Positions 7,891-19,537 are shown, counted from the first letter of the stretch. The stretch: 64,000 nucleotides of DNA from an uncultured Pelagibacteraceae bacterium (GCA_902570125.1 CACFXK010000002.1:18380-82379); one strand, 5' to 3'. The notes: a model not told the origin generated them from the letters alone. Made by a program: numbers and translations.

Positions 7891-10858
7891 AAAAATATTA
7901 TTTATTATTGCATCAATATTCATTATTCTGATTATATGTTTAAGCTATTTAAGTTTTTATGGAATAAAAACATCTAGTTTTAATAATTTCATTAATAATA
8001 AAATTAAAGAGTATAACTCAAATTTAACACTACAACTTGATAAGGTTTATATAAAATTTAATCTTAGAGAGCTTGCCATTAATTTAAACGCTAAGAAAGT
8101 AAGTTTGATTGCAGACTCAAATTCAATTCAAATTTCTAATATTGATGTGAATTTAAATTTTATTAAATTTTTAAAAAATGAAAATTCTATCAAAAATATA
8201 AAAATAAAATCTTCAAATAATTTAATAAATGATATTACTTCTTTTTTAAATGTAATTGATTATAATTTACCAAGATATGTATTTTATAGTCAGATTAAAA
8301 AAGGTTTATTAAATTTTGAACTAGACATTAAATTTAATGATTTTAGCCAGGATATTAATTCTTATCTCATTTCAGGTTCTGTAAATAATGCTAAATTGAA
8401 TGTACCAGGATATGAAAGTCTCGATGAAATTAATTTTAGTTTCCAGGCACAAGACAAAGCAGCAAAAATTTCAAATTTGAATTTTATTTATCAAGATATA
8501 AATTTTGTATCAAATAGTTTAAAGCTAAAAGAAGAAAAAACAGGTTTATATAAAATAAAAGGGGATATTGAGAATACTAAAGCATTAATAAACCCAGATT
8601 TTATATTTAAATTTATAAATTTAAAACAAGATTTTTTATCTAACAAAGATATTTTGGTTACAAGTAAAAATTTTTTCTCATTTAATTTTAATGAAAAAAA
8701 GAAAATTAAAAATATTAAAATTGACTCGGTTTTAAATTTTGATGAAATTTTCTTCAATAATAAATACCAAGATATAATTTTTTTAAAAGAAGGCAAAATT
8801 TACTCAAAATACGAAAATGAAGAATTTACAGCAGATTTGGTATCAAAATTTGCTTTTTCAGAGGAATTGAAATTTAATAATGACTTTAAAAATAATAATT
8901 TAAAACTATCATTAAAGAGTAACAATAATCAAAAATTACAAATTAAAGGAAATATAAGTAACGGAAAAACACTCATAGATCCTAAAATTTTTTTTGATTT
9001 TATAGATTTGGATACCAAATTCTTATCAAATAAAAAAATTAATATTCAGACAGAAAACAAATTTAAATTTGATGTTAATAATAGCAAAATAGAAAATTAT
9101 CTTCTGAATTCCGATATAAATGTAGATAAGTTAGAAGTAAATAAACAAATCCAGGATATTATTTATTTAAAAAACATAGAAACTAAATTAATTTTTGGAG
9201 AAAAATTATTAAATATAGATTTAAAAAGTAATTATTTATTTTTTGATAAAAATTTAAATAACGAGTCAGATAAAAATATTATAAATTTCAAATTAGACAA
9301 AAATGGTAGTAAAATTTCAGATGTAGAAATATTTGTACAGTCAGATAATAATTACATCAATATCAATCAATTCAAAAAATATGTTAATTTAAAAAATCAA
9401 TACAGTTTTATTGAGAATCAAATAATAAAATTAAATTCAAATTTTACAATAAATGCGAAGCTAAATGATAAGTTTAATATTAAAAAACTTGATATAAAAT
9501 CAATATCTAATTTAGATAATTTAAATATTAATTACAAATCAGATCTTATTAAAAAATATATAGATTATGACAATAAATTAGTTATCAATAATCCACAAAT
9601 TATATTTGAATACTCTAATGATATAATAAAATTAACATTAGATGGAAAATATTTATTAAAAGATAAAGCGGATAATATTTTAATTAAATTAACAAGTAAT
9701 GAAAATAATTTTGAACTTTATTCTTTATTAGATTTAGATAATACACATTTAAATCTTAATGAAATACAATATTTTAAGGATAAAAATGTACCTTCTAAAT
9801 TAGAAATTATAATTAATAATTCTAAAAATGGTTTAAACCTAAATAAAATTAATTTTATAGAAAATAAAAATCATATTTTATTAAAAAATCTCACTTTTTC
9901 TGATGATTTCAAAATACAGAGTATCGATGAAATTGATATAAATTTTTTAAATAGTAAAAAGGTTAAAAACAATTTTAAAATTAAAAGAAATTTAGATAAA
10001 TATAATTTAACAGGAAAACAAATTGATGGAGAAAAATTAGTTGAAAAATTAATGAAGAGAAGCAACAAAAATAATTTTTCAAGTTTATTTGACAATATTA
10101 ATACTTCAATAATAGTAAACTTAGACGAAATATATTTAGAAAAAGATGAATATCTAAAAAAAATTATAGGTAAATTAGATATTAAAAATAATAAGTTATT
10201 TTTAGGTAAAATTGATGCTATTTTAGAAAATAAAAATAAACTTTCTTATTCATATAGAACAACATTAAAAAAAGAAAAAATCACGAATATTTTAGTTGAA
10301 AAACCTAGGCCGTTTATAAATAACTATAAATTTATAAAAGGATTTGAAGGTGGTGAATTAAAATTAAACTCAATTAAAATTGATGATACTTCAAGATCAA
10401 ATCTCAGAATTACTAATTTTAAAGTCAAGGAAGTTCCGATTCTAGCTAAAATACTTACACTTGCTTCATTACAAGGTATTGCAGATCTTCTAACTGGTGA
10501 AGGAATAAGATTTGATGATTTTGAAATAGACTTTAAAACAAAAAAAAATCTAACAGAAATTGTAGAGATGTATGCGCTTGGACCAGCTATTTCAATAATG
10601 ATGGAAGGGTTTATTGAAAAAGACAAGTTAACAAGCCTAAAAGGAACCTTGGTTCCCGCAACAACTATTAACAAAACCATAGCCAAAATTCCATTACTTG
10701 GCGATATATTGGTAGGCAATAAAACGGGGGAAGGTATTTTTGGTGTCAGTTTTAAGATTAAGGGACCTCCAAATGATTTAAAAAGTAGCGTTAATCCAAT
10801 AAAAACTCTTACTCCAAGATTTATAACTAGAACTATAGAAAATATTAAGGGAAATTAA
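7883..10858 (+). CDS. AsmA-like / YhdP-type envelope protein with about 129-aa internal repeats
   Basis: N-terminal TM anchor, beta-strand-rich body, C-terminal AsmA_2-like segment (LKGTLVPATTINKTIAKIPLLGDILVG..GEGIFGVSFKIKGP...SVNPIKTLTPRFIT); lies beside tyrS. Confidence 0.75.
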   Translation: MPKKILFIIASIFIILIICLSYLSFYGIKTSSFNNFINNKIKEYNSNLTLQLDKVYIKFNLRELAINLNAKKVSLIADSNSIQISNIDVNLNFIKFLKNENSIKNIKIKSSNNLINDITSFLNVIDYNLPRYVFYSQIKKGLLNFELDIKFNDFSQDINSYLISGSVNNAKLNVPGYESLDEINFSFQAQDKAAKISNLNFIYQDINFVSNSLKLKEEKTGLYKIKGDIENTKALINPDFIFKFINLKQDFLSNKDILVTSKNFFSFNFNEKKKIKNIKIDSVLNFDEIFFNNKYQDIIFLKEGKIYSKYENEEFTADLVSKFAFSEELKFNNDFKNNNLKLSLKSNNNQKLQIKGNISNGKTLIDPKIFFDFIDLDTKFLSNKKINIQTENKFKFDVNNSKIENYLLNSDINVDKLEVNKQIQDIIYLKNIETKLIFGEKLLNIDLKSNYLFFDKNLNNESDKNIINFKLDKNGSKISDVEIFVQSDNNYININQFKKYVNLKNQYSFIENQIIKLNSNFTINAKLNDKFNIKKLDIKSISNLDNLNINYKSDLIKKYIDYDNKLVINNPQIIFEYSNDIIKLTLDGKYLLKDKADNILIKLTSNENNFELYSLLDLDNTHLNLNEIQYFKDKNVPSKLEIIINNSKNGLNLNKINFIENKNHILLKNLTFSDDFKIQSIDEIDINFLNSKKVKNNFKIKRNLDKYNLTGKQIDGEKLVEKLMKRSNKNNFSSLFDNINTSIIVNLDEIYLEKDEYLKKIIGKLDIKNNKLFLGKIDAILENKNKLSYSYRTTLKKEKITNILVEKPRPFINNYKFIKGFEGGELKLNSIKIDDTSRSNLRITNFKVKEVPILAKILTLASLQGIADLLTGEGIRFDDFEIDFKTKKNLTEIVEMYALGPAISIMMEGFIEKDKLTSLKGTLVPATTINKTIAKIPLLGDILVGNKTGEGIFGVSFKIKGPPNDLKSSVNPIKTLTPRFITRTIENIKGN
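8552..9700 (+). repeat. Degenerate intragenic tandem repeat, about 127-129 aa x 3
   Basis: KIKGDIENTKALINP..FLSNK..QDIIFLK at 8552 matches QIKGNISNGKTLIDP..FLSNK..QDIIYLK at 8939 (387 nt apart); a weaker third copy starts near 9320; end coordinate approximate. Confidence 0.75.
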
Positions 10859-12078
10859 TTTGTAATTTTATAATGTTTCTTTTTTCCAATAGATAATTTT
10901 ATAAAGCCTTTGTCTGAGAACAAACTTGGATTAATGATATATTTTTCATCATGTATATTTTTATTATCTATTTTTATAGCGTTTGAATTTATTAATCTTC
11001 TAATTTCAGATTTAGATATATCTTTATTAACATAGAAAATTAGTTCAACTATATTTTTTGATAAAATATTACTATTTAATTTTATTCCTGGAAGATTTTC
11101 ACCTGTAGAATTTTCACTAAAGGTATTTTTTGCGAGTTTCTCAGATTTTTCAGACTCTTTTTTTCCATGCAACATTTCGGTTGCATTATTTGCTAATAAA
11201 ATTTTTAATTCGTTAATGTTTTTTTCTTTTAGAGCGTCTATTTCTCTCAATGGCAAGTCAGTAAACATTTTAATAAACTTAAGTACATCACGATCATCTG
11301 TATTTCTCCAAAATTGCCAATAATCGTATGGTGAAAGCATCTTTTTATCTAGCCAAACTGCTCCTTTTTCTGTTTTACCCATTTTAGATCCTGATGCTAA
11401 AGTTATAAGTGGAGTAGTTAAGCCATATACCTGTCTTCCAGATTCTCTTTTTATAAGCTCAACTCCATTTACTATATTTCCCCATTGATCTGATCCACCA
11501 ATTTGTAAATTACAATCATTCGATTTGTTTAATTCATAAAAATCATAAGCTTGTAAAATCATGTAATTGAACTCCATATAGCTTAAAGATTGTTCTCTAT
11601 CTAACCTTAACTTTACACTATCAAATGTTAACATTTTATTTATCGTAAAATGCTTTCCAATTTCTCTCAAAAAATTTATATAATTTAATTTGCTAAGCCA
11701 TTTATAATTATTAACAAAAACTGGTTTCAATTTAGGATTACTGGTTTTAAGAAATACTTTAAAAACATTTTTTATATTATTAATATTATTTTCTATCTGT
11801 TTCTCAGAAAGAATCTTTCTGGTTTCTTCTTTCCCAGATGGATCTCCTATTCTAGTTGTACCACCACCCAAAAGAACAATTGGTCTATGTCCATGCTTTT
11901 GTAAAAGTCTAAGACACATGATTTGTAACAAACTTCCAACATGTAGACTAGGCGCCGTACTATCAAAACCAATATATGCATTAGTACTTTCTTTAGTTAA
12001 TAAATCTGACAACTCTAATTCATTGGTACATTGGTAATAGTATCCTCTATCTTTAAATTCTTTCAAAAAATTATTCAT
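10855..12078 (-). CDS. tyrS: Tyrosine--tRNA ligase
   Basis: YIGFDSTAPSLHVGS, QIGGSDQWGNI, KMGKT, C-terminal S4 domain. Confidence 0.98.
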   Translation of the reverse strand: MNNFLKEFKDRGYYYQCTNELELSDLLTKESTNAYIGFDSTAPSLHVGSLLQIMCLRLLQKHGHRPIVLLGGGTTRIGDPSGKEETRKILSEKQIENNINNIKNVFKVFLKTSNPKLKPVFVNNYKWLSKLNYINFLREIGKHFTINKMLTFDSVKLRLDREQSLSYMEFNYMILQAYDFYELNKSNDCNLQIGGSDQWGNIVNGVELIKRESGRQVYGLTTPLITLASGSKMGKTEKGAVWLDKKMLSPYDYWQFWRNTDDRDVLKFIKMFTDLPLREIDALKEKNINELKILLANNATEMLHGKKESEKSEKLAKNTFSENSTGENLPGIKLNSNILSKNIVELIFYVNKDISKSEIRRLINSNAIKIDNKNIHDEKYIINPSLFSDKGFIKLSIGKKKHYKITN

Positions 12079-12125
12079 ATGTCTATAATCTTACAATATA
12101 CATATTTTAATAAAAAAAAATAAGA

Positions 12126-13220
12126 ATGGAAAAAAATTTATCTGCACTTGGCTTTATGAGTGGAACATCTTGTGATGGTGTAGACACCTCTGTTATAAAC
12201 TCTAATGGTAAAGACACCATAAATGTTAAATATAATAGATTCGATCCTTATCCTCTTAGTCTCACAAAAAAAATTCACCGAGTAAAAGAGAGAATTTATA
12301 AAATGCAAGATCTTTTAAAATACTCAAAAGAAATCAAAGAAATAGAGAAAGAAATTACGGATTTTCATGCTGATATAGCATGCAAAATATCTAAAAAGAT
12401 TGATTATGACCTAATAGGGTTTCATGGCCATACTATTTACCATAACATGGATGAAAGGATCTCCAAACAAATTGGACTTGGCGACAATTTATCAAAAATA
12501 ATTAAAAAAACTGTAGTTTATAATTTTAGACAAAACGATATCCATAATGGGGGAGAAGGTGCTCCTTTATCACCAATTTACCATCTTGCTCTTATAAGAT
12601 CGTTAAAAAAAAAAAATAAAGTAACAATTCCAATTTCAATATTAAATATTGGTGGAATTGCAAATATTACTGAAATTGATGAGGAATTTAATATATCTAG
12701 TCGAGATATAGGCCCTGGAAATTGCTTAATAGACAAGTGGATAAGAAAAAACTCAGACAAATTTTATGATGATGAGGGTAGTTTTGCTAAAAAAGGAAAA
12801 GTAGATAAATTTATTTTTGATCAATATTTAGAAAATTATTACTATAGCAAAATTAACTCTAAAAGATCTTTGGATACTAATGACTTTGATATTTCCTTTG
12901 CGAAAGGACTTTCTATTGAAAATGGAGCAGCTACAATTACAAGTATAACTTCCGAATTAATATCAAAAAAATTAGGAACTAATAAAATTTATTTATGTGG
13001 AGGAGGTAGAAAAAATAGATTTTTAATAAATTCTTTAAAAGATAAAATTAAAAATCAACTATTTTTGATTGATGATTTAAATATCGATGGTGACTTTATA
13101 GAGTCACAGGCTTTTGCATTTCTTGCAATTAGATCTTATTTAGGTCTACCAATCTCTTTTCCCTCTACAACAAACTGTAAAGAACCCTCACTTGGTGGCA
13201 TTATCACAAAAAGTTTTTAA
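12126..13220 (+). CDS. anmK: Anhydro-N-acetylmuramic acid kinase
   Basis: GFMSGTSCDGVD, GFHGHT, GGEGAPL, LNIGGIANIT, DIGPGNCLID. Confidence 0.93.
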   Translation: MEKNLSALGFMSGTSCDGVDTSVINSNGKDTINVKYNRFDPYPLSLTKKIHRVKERIYKMQDLLKYSKEIKEIEKEITDFHADIACKISKKIDYDLIGFHGHTIYHNMDERISKQIGLGDNLSKIIKKTVVYNFRQNDIHNGGEGAPLSPIYHLALIRSLKKKNKVTIPISILNIGGIANITEIDEEFNISSRDIGPGNCLIDKWIRKNSDKFYDDEGSFAKKGKVDKFIFDQYLENYYYSKINSKRSLDTNDFDISFAKGLSIENGAATITSITSELISKKLGTNKIYLCGGGRKNRFLINSLKDKIKNQLFLIDDLNIDGDFIESQAFAFLAIRSYLGLPISFPSTTNCKEPSLGGIITKSF

Positions 13221-13886
13221 TTAATAAAGAGCAGTTTCTTTTTTAATATATTTATTTAAAGATTTTACTAAAGCCAAATCATTTTTTGAAAAAAAATGAT
13301 TTGCATCTGGAATAGACTCAAATTCTACTTTAATTCCTTTTTGGTCACTTAATCTTTTATTTAGCTCGTGAATATGTTCTACTGGTACTAACTCATCTTT
13401 TTTTCCGTATATCATTGTGCCAGATGTAGGGCATGGTGATAAAAAAGAAAAGTCATAAACATTTGGTTGTGGTGAAACAACTACAAACCTATTTATTTCT
13501 GGTCTTCTCATTAATAATTGCATTGCAATCAAAGAACCAAAAGAGAATCCAGAAATCCAACATTGAGAATTATCAAAGTTTTCTCTCTCCAACCAATCTA
13601 ATGCTGCAGCAGCATCTGCTAATTCTCCCTGTCCATTATCAAATTCCCCATCACTTTTGCCTACCCCTCTGAAATTTACTCTACAAACTGAAAAGTCGTT
13701 ATCAACAAATGTTTGAAATATATCTACAACAACTTTATTGTTCATAGTTCCACCATACTGTGGATGAGGATGCAAAACTAAAGCAATTGGAGAAGTATTT
13801 TTTTTACTTTTATAATATTTGGCCTCTAATCTACCTGAGGGACCTGGTATAAAAATTTCAACAATTTTTTTGTCAGATGATGTCAT
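13221..13886 (-). CDS. Alpha/beta hydrolase (conserved upstream of iscR/suf in Alphaproteobacteria)
   Basis: HPHPQYGGTMNN, GFSFG nucleophile elbow, ANHFF. Confidence 0.88.
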   Translation of the reverse strand: MTSSDKKIVEIFIPGPSGRLEAKYYKSKKNTSPIALVLHPHPQYGGTMNNKVVVDIFQTFVDNDFSVCRVNFRGVGKSDGEFDNGQGELADAAAALDWLERENFDNSQCWISGFSFGSLIAMQLLMRRPEINRFVVVSPQPNVYDFSFLSPCPTSGTMIYGKKDELVPVEHIHELNKRLSDQKGIKVEFESIPDANHFFSKNDLALVKSLNKYIKKETALY

Positions 13887-13963
13887 TGATTATTAATCTC
13901 AAAAAAAAACAAGGTTTTTCTATCAAAAACGAGTGACAAAATGCAAGTTTTTTAATCTTAATT

Positions 13964-13988
13964 AATCTTGACTAAAATAGTCGGGTAT
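13964..13988 (+). promoter_or_regulatory. IscR type-1 binding site overlapping a putative sigma70 promoter
   Basis: AATCTTGACTAAAATAGTCGGGTAT fits the IscR type-1 consensus ATASYYGACTRWWWYAGTCRRSTAT at 23 of 25 positions; contains TTGACT (-35-like) with TATAAG 16 nt downstream. Confidence 0.8.
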
Positions 13989-14015
13989 ATATAAGTCGCG
14001 TAGTTTGCGGAAAAT

Positions 14016-14438
14016 ATGAAATTATCTAGTAAAGGCAGATACGCTGTTATGGCTTTAGCTGATCTGGCAAAATTTAATCTAAATGAGCCAGTATCACTAA
14101 GAGACATATCATTAAGGCAAGGTATATCCTTAGTTTACTTGGAACAATTATTTTCAAAATTAAAAAAAAACAAAATTGTTACAAGCGTTAGAGGAAATAA
14201 AGGAGGTTATATTTTATCAAAAGAAGCCTCAGAAATAAAAATTTCAGATGTACTTATTGCGGTTGATGAAAAAGTTAAAACTATTGGTTGTGAAAAGAAT
14301 TCCGAAAGTGGCTGCAATGGAAAGTCATCAAAGTGTATTACTCATGATTTATGGGATGAGCTAGAGGATTATATAAATAATTTTTTCCAGCAAAAAACAT
14401 TAAACGATTTAATAAATAATAAAACTTTAAATGGATAA
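14016..14438 (+). CDS. iscR: Rrf2 family Fe-S cluster regulator IscR
   Basis: [30 protein letters not shown]; three Cys plus His (C..C..CITHDLW) retained. Confidence 0.9.
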   Translation: MKLSSKGRYAVMALADLAKFNLNEPVSLRDISLRQGISLVYLEQLFSKLKKNKIVTSVRGNKGGYILSKEASEIKISDVLIAVDEKVKTIGCEKNSESGCNGKSSKCITHDLWDELEDYINNFFQQKTLNDLINNKTLNG

Positions 14439-15873
14439 CAGACAAAAAGAAATTGATAATTTAAAAGATTATAAGTACGGTTTTACAACTGATATTGAAA
14501 ATACAAGAGCTCCTAAAGGTTTAAATGAGGATGTAATAAAATTTATCTCTAATATTAAAAAAGAACCTCAGTGGATGCTTGATTTTAGATTAAAAGCATA
14601 TGAGAGATTTAAGCAACTAAAAGAACCAAATTGGCAAAAACCAAAGTATCCAAAAATAGATTACCAAGATTTATATTATTATTCAGCTCCTAAAAGCATG
14701 AAAGATAAACCAAAAAATTTAGATGAATTAGATCCTAAACTTTTGGAAACGTATAAAAAATTAGGTATCCCACTTCAAGAGCAAAAAAGACTTAATGGTA
14801 TAGCAGTTGATGCTGTATTTGATTCTGTTTCAGTAGCCACTACATTTAGAGAAGAGCTTACAAAACAGGGAATTATATTTTGTCCAATTTCAGAAGCTAT
14901 ACAAAATTATCCTGAATTAGTTAAAAAATATTTAGGTTCAGTTATTCCAGTCACTGACCATTTTTTTGCAACTCTAAACTCTGCAGTTTTTACTGATGGA
15001 TCATTTGCCTACATACCTGAAGGTGTACGCTGTCCAATGGAGCTTTCAACATATTTTAGAATAAATGCATCTAATACTGGTCAGTTTGAAAGAACATTAA
15101 TCGTTGCCGACAAGGGAAGTTACGTAAGTTATTTAGAAGGTTGTACCGCACCTATGCGAGATGAAAATCAGTTACATGCTGCAAATGTTGAATTAGTTGC
15201 ATTAGATGATGCAGAGATAAAATATTCTACAGTTCAGAATTGGTACCCTGGTGATAAAGATGGAAAAGGCGGAATTTATAATTTTGTTACAAAGCGTGGA
15301 TTGTGCAAAGGAAAGAACTCAAAAATCTCTTGGACGCAAGTCGAGACCGGTTCTGCAATCACTTGGAAATATCCAAGCTGTATTTTAAAAGGTGATAATT
15401 CTGTTGGTGAATTTTACTCTATTGCTATTACTAATAATCATCAAAAAGCAGATACTGGAACTAAAATGTTGCACTTAGGTAAAAACACTAAAAGTAAAAT
15501 AATATCAAAAGGTATTAGCGCTGGCTTTTCAGATATGACTTACAGAGGTTTAGTTGATATTTCTTCAAAAGCTTCAAATTCCAATAATTATACTCAATGT
15601 GACTCTTTATTAATGGGTAATAAATGCGGGGCACATACAGTCCCTTATATTAAAAATAAAAATTCAGAATCAAATATAGCTCATGAAGCAACAACATCAA
15701 AAATTAGTGAGGAGCAATTACATTATTGTCAACAGAGAGGCTTGAGCGCCGAAGAAGCAGTAGGATTAATTGTTAATGGATTTTGTAAAGAGGTATTACA
15801 ACAATTACCAATGGAATTTGCTGTTGAGGCTCAAAAGCTAGTTGGTATCAGCTTAGAAGGAAGTGTAGGCTAA
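14431..15873 (+). CDS. sufB: Fe-S cluster assembly protein SufB
   Basis: [48 protein letters not shown]. Confidence 0.98.
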   Translation: MDNRQKEIDNLKDYKYGFTTDIENTRAPKGLNEDVIKFISNIKKEPQWMLDFRLKAYERFKQLKEPNWQKPKYPKIDYQDLYYYSAPKSMKDKPKNLDELDPKLLETYKKLGIPLQEQKRLNGIAVDAVFDSVSVATTFREELTKQGIIFCPISEAIQNYPELVKKYLGSVIPVTDHFFATLNSAVFTDGSFAYIPEGVRCPMELSTYFRINASNTGQFERTLIVADKGSYVSYLEGCTAPMRDENQLHAANVELVALDDAEIKYSTVQNWYPGDKDGKGGIYNFVTKRGLCKGKNSKISWTQVETGSAITWKYPSCILKGDNSVGEFYSIAITNNHQKADTGTKMLHLGKNTKSKIISKGISAGFSDMTYRGLVDISSKASNSNNYTQCDSLLMGNKCGAHTVPYIKNKNSESNIAHEATTSKISEEQLHYCQQRGLSAEEAVGLIVNGFCKEVLQQLPMEFAVEAQKLVGISLEGSVG

Positions 15874-16607
15874 TGTTAAAAATAAATAAATTAAATGCAA
15901 AAATTGATAGCAAAGAAATTTTAAAGGAATTTTCTCTGAATATAAATCCTGGAGAGGTTCATGCTATTATGGGACCAAATGGATCTGGTAAAAGCACGCT
16001 ATCAAATATTTTATCTGGTAAAAAAGGATATGAAGTTTCAGGAGAAGTACTTTTTGAGGAAAAAGATTTGTTTGAGCTTGAAACAGAAGAAAGAGCCCAC
16101 AGAGGTATTTTTCTTGCCTTTCAATATCCATTAGAAATCCCAGGTGTTAATACAAACATATTCCTAAAGACTTCATTAAATGCAGTTAGAAAAGCAAGGG
16201 GTGAGAAAGAGCTTGATGCTATAGAATTTTTAAAACTAGTAAAGGAAAAATCTAAAGAACTTAAATTTGATGAAGAAAAATTAAATAGACAACTAAATGT
16301 TGGTTTTTCAGGCGGAGAAAAAAAGAAAAATGAAATTTTGCAAATGTCGCTATTGGCTCCAAAATTATCAATTTTAGATGAAACCGATTCAGGCCTAGAT
16401 ATTGATGCATTAAGAATTGTAGCTGATGGAGTCAATTCTTTAAGGGATAATAAAAATTCTTTCTTAATTATTACACATTATCAAAGATTACTTGATTACA
16501 TTAAACCTGATTTTGTTCACGTTTTAATGGACGGAAAAATTATAAAATCTGGCGGAGCAGAGTTAGCATTGGAACTAGAAAAAAAGGGGTATGAAAATTT
16601 TCATTAG
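15873..16607 (+). CDS. sufC: Fe-S cluster assembly ATPase SufC
   Basis: [40 protein letters not shown]. Confidence 0.98.
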   Translation: MLKINKLNAKIDSKEILKEFSLNINPGEVHAIMGPNGSGKSTLSNILSGKKGYEVSGEVLFEEKDLFELETEERAHRGIFLAFQYPLEIPGVNTNIFLKTSLNAVRKARGEKELDAIEFLKLVKEKSKELKFDEEKLNRQLNVGFSGGEKKKNEILQMSLLAPKLSILDETDSGLDIDALRIVADGVNSLRDNKNSFLIITHYQRLLDYIKPDFVHVLMDGKIIKSGGAELALELEKKGYENFH

Positions 16608-17855
16608 ATGAGAGAGCAACTACAAAAAGATTTTGATAATACTATTAAAAATTTAACTTTATCTCAAAAAGACATTGAAATAAAAAAATTTTATTTAGAT
16701 AACTTTATTAATAAAGGTTTTCCAAATAGAAAAGAGGAAGACTGGAAATTTTCTGATCTTAACCAAATAATAAAAAAAAATATTGGAGAGCTAAGTTTTT
16801 ATAGTGATTATACATCTACAAATAAAGTTGATACTTCCGCATTCGTAGACGGGCTAGAGCATAACAAAATAGTATTTATTAATGGAAGAATAGAAAAAAT
16901 TGATTTTGATTATGAAAAAAAAGACAAAATAGAAATAATTGATCAGTCGGAAAATATTAATAAATTCAATAATAATTGCTCTTTGTCTGACTTAAATAGT
17001 GCCTTTACCAACAAGTCTTTTAAAATAGTGGTTAAAAAAGGTTATCAATTAACAAAACCACTGATTATTTATCATACTACAAACTCTAAAATTTGGTCTA
17101 AAAATATTAATTTAAGACTAAATTTTGAATTATATGAAAATAGCTCATTAAGATTAATTGATCTATTTAGGGATACTTCGGAAAAAAATTTTCTAAATAT
17201 ATTTTACAACTTTGATTTAAAAGAAAATTCTATTTTAAAAAATTACAAAGTAGATAAATTTGAAAATAGAAATATTAAGTATTCCTTCAATAACATTGAG
17301 CAAGATAAAAATAGTATTTCAGAAACATTCATTTTATCTTCAGGATCAAATTTTTGTAAGAATGAAATTAATTGTAACTTAAAAGGAGAATACTCATCAG
17401 CTTTTGTAAATGGTATTTTTTCTATAAATAGTAATAAACATCATGAAATCAGAACAATCATAAATCACTTAACTGAAAATACAAAAAGCTATCAACTTAT
17501 AAAAAGTGTTTTAGAAGATAGTTCTAGAGCAGTATATCAAGGAAAAATATTTGTTAACTCTAAAGCACAAAAAACAGATGGTTATCAACTGAGTAAAGCA
17601 ATTTTGTTAAATAAAGATTCTGAGTTTAATGCTAAACCAGAGTTAGAAATTTATGCAGATGACGTTAAATGTTCACATGGTTCTGCATCAGGTAGTCTTA
17701 ATGAGGACTCGATATTTTATTTAATGTCTAGAGGATTAAATTATCAACAGTCAAGAGAACTTTTGATAAATGGTTTTCTGCTAGATGTTGTTGAAAAAAT
17801 TACTGACCCTGAAGTAAAAAATTTAATTAAAAATATGATTGGAATTAAGGAATGA
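16608..17855 (+). CDS. sufD: Fe-S cluster assembly protein SufD
   Basis: EDWKFSDL, KPELEIYADDVKCSHG, FYLMSRG. Confidence 0.95.
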   Translation: MREQLQKDFDNTIKNLTLSQKDIEIKKFYLDNFINKGFPNRKEEDWKFSDLNQIIKKNIGELSFYSDYTSTNKVDTSAFVDGLEHNKIVFINGRIEKIDFDYEKKDKIEIIDQSENINKFNNNCSLSDLNSAFTNKSFKIVVKKGYQLTKPLIIYHTTNSKIWSKNINLRLNFELYENSSLRLIDLFRDTSEKNFLNIFYNFDLKENSILKNYKVDKFENRNIKYSFNNIEQDKNSISETFILSSGSNFCKNEINCNLKGEYSSAFVNGIFSINSNKHHEIRTIINHLTENTKSYQLIKSVLEDSSRAVYQGKIFVNSKAQKTDGYQLSKAILLNKDSEFNAKPELEIYADDVKCSHGSASGSLNEDSIFYLMSRGLNYQQSRELLINGFLLDVVEKITDPEVKNLIKNMIGIKE

Positions 17856-19072
17856 AAATAGAGAACATAAAAACTGAGTTTCCTATATTTGATGAAAAAA
17901 TACAAAATAATGATTTAGTCTATTTAGATAGCGCTAACTCATCACAAAAACCAAAAGTTGTAGCTGATAAAATAAATGAATTTTATACTAAACAATTTTC
18001 AAATGTTGGAAGAAGTGTTCATTATTTAGCAGTTGCTGCAACAAACTTATATGAAAATACAAGATCGTCTGTTCAAAAATATATTAATGCTAAAGATAAA
18101 AATGAAATAGTTTTCACTAAAGGAGCAACTGAAGCTTTAAATTTAGTAGCTAATACTCTAGGGCAAAAATATCTAAATGAGGGTGATGAAATTTTAATTA
18201 CAGAGCTAGAACATCATTCAAATTATGTGCCTTGGCATTTCTTGAGAAAATCAAAGAATATAAAAATTAATTTTGCAGAGGTAAATGATGATGGAGACAT
18301 TTCTCTGGAGGAGATTGAAAAAAAAATAACATCTAAAACTAAAGTAATAGCAATTACTCATTTATCTAACGTGACGGGAGCAATATTACCTGTTAAAGAA
18401 ATAACAGATTTAGCTCATTCAAAAGGAATAATAGTTGTTATTGATGGCTGTCAGGGAGCTCCTCATCTTAAATTGGATATGCAAGACTTAGATTGCGATT
18501 TTTATGCAATATCATGCCATAAAATGTATGGGCCTACTGGACTTGGTGTTTTGTATGGTAAAAAGAAGTGGTTAGAAGAACTGCCACCCTATCAAGGTGG
18601 AGGTGGAATGATTAGGGAAGTCAAAAAAGATAAAATATCTTACGGTGATTTACCAAATAAATATGAGGCTGGTACCATGGCTACAGCTCAAGTTATTGCA
18701 TTTGATCAGTCAATAAAGTTTATGGAGAGTATCGGTATAGAGAATATAATGAAACATGAAGCTGATTTAGTTGAGTATGGTCAAGAGCTTTTACAAAAAA
18801 ATAATTCTGTTAAGTTAATTGGTAGTCCAAAAAACAAAGGGGGAGTTTTATCCTTCACGTTGGAGGGTGTTCATCCACATGATATTGCAACAATACTTGA
18901 TGAAGACGGAGTTGCAATAAGAGCAGGTCATCATTGCTGTCAAATATTACATGATAAATTAAATATACCTGCTAGTGCAAGAGCGTCAGTCGGAATTTAT
19001 AATACTAAAAATGACTTAGATAAGTTAAATGACTCTATTAATAACTGTAAAAAAATATTTAATTTAAAATGA
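17852..19072 (+). CDS. sufS: Cysteine desulfurase SufS
   Basis: YLDSANSSQKP, EHHSN, SCHKMYGPTG (PLP Lys), RAGHHC. Confidence 0.96.
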   Translation: MKIENIKTEFPIFDEKIQNNDLVYLDSANSSQKPKVVADKINEFYTKQFSNVGRSVHYLAVAATNLYENTRSSVQKYINAKDKNEIVFTKGATEALNLVANTLGQKYLNEGDEILITELEHHSNYVPWHFLRKSKNIKINFAEVNDDGDISLEEIEKKITSKTKVIAITHLSNVTGAILPVKEITDLAHSKGIIVVIDGCQGAPHLKLDMQDLDCDFYAISCHKMYGPTGLGVLYGKKKWLEELPPYQGGGGMIREVKKDKISYGDLPNKYEAGTMATAQVIAFDQSIKFMESIGIENIMKHEADLVEYGQELLQKNNSVKLIGSPKNKGGVLSFTLEGVHPHDIATILDEDGVAIRAGHHCCQILHDKLNIPASARASVGIYNTKNDLDKLNDSINNCKKIFNLK

Positions 19073-19533
19073 ACTTAAAAGAACTTTATCAAGAAATTAT
19101 TTTAGAACATGGAAAAAATCCAAGGAATCTTGGAAAAGTACATGAGTTTAATAAAGATGCAAAAGGTCATAACCCTTTATGTGGAGACAATGTTCATGTT
19201 TATCTTAAATTAAATGGACAAAAAATAGTTGAAGATATTTCATTTGAGGGAAGTGGATGTGCTATTTCAATCGCATCAGCTTCAATCATGACAGATTTAA
19301 TTAAAGGCAAAAATGAACACGAGGCTAAAGAGATAGTAGAAGACTTTTTAGGAATGATAAAAGAAAATCCAGACTTAAAATCAGAATACTTAAAAGAAGA
19401 CGAAAAAACTAAATTAATGTGTTTATCTGGTGTTAAACAATATCCAATGAGAGTTAAGTGCGCAACATTATCGTGGCACACTCTTACATCAGCAATGGAT
19501 AACTCAAAGGAAATCACTAAAACCGAATCGTAA
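19069..19533 (+). CDS. sufU: SUF-system NifU-family sulfur-transfer protein SufU
   Basis: LYQEIILEH, NPLCGD, GSGCAISIASAS, RVKCATL. Confidence 0.9.
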   Translation: MNLKELYQEIILEHGKNPRNLGKVHEFNKDAKGHNPLCGDNVHVYLKLNGQKIVEDISFEGSGCAISIASASIMTDLIKGKNEHEAKEIVEDFLGMIKENPDLKSEYLKEDEKTKLMCLSGVKQYPMRVKCATLSWHTLTSAMDNSKEITKTES

Positions 19534-19537
19534 TTTT

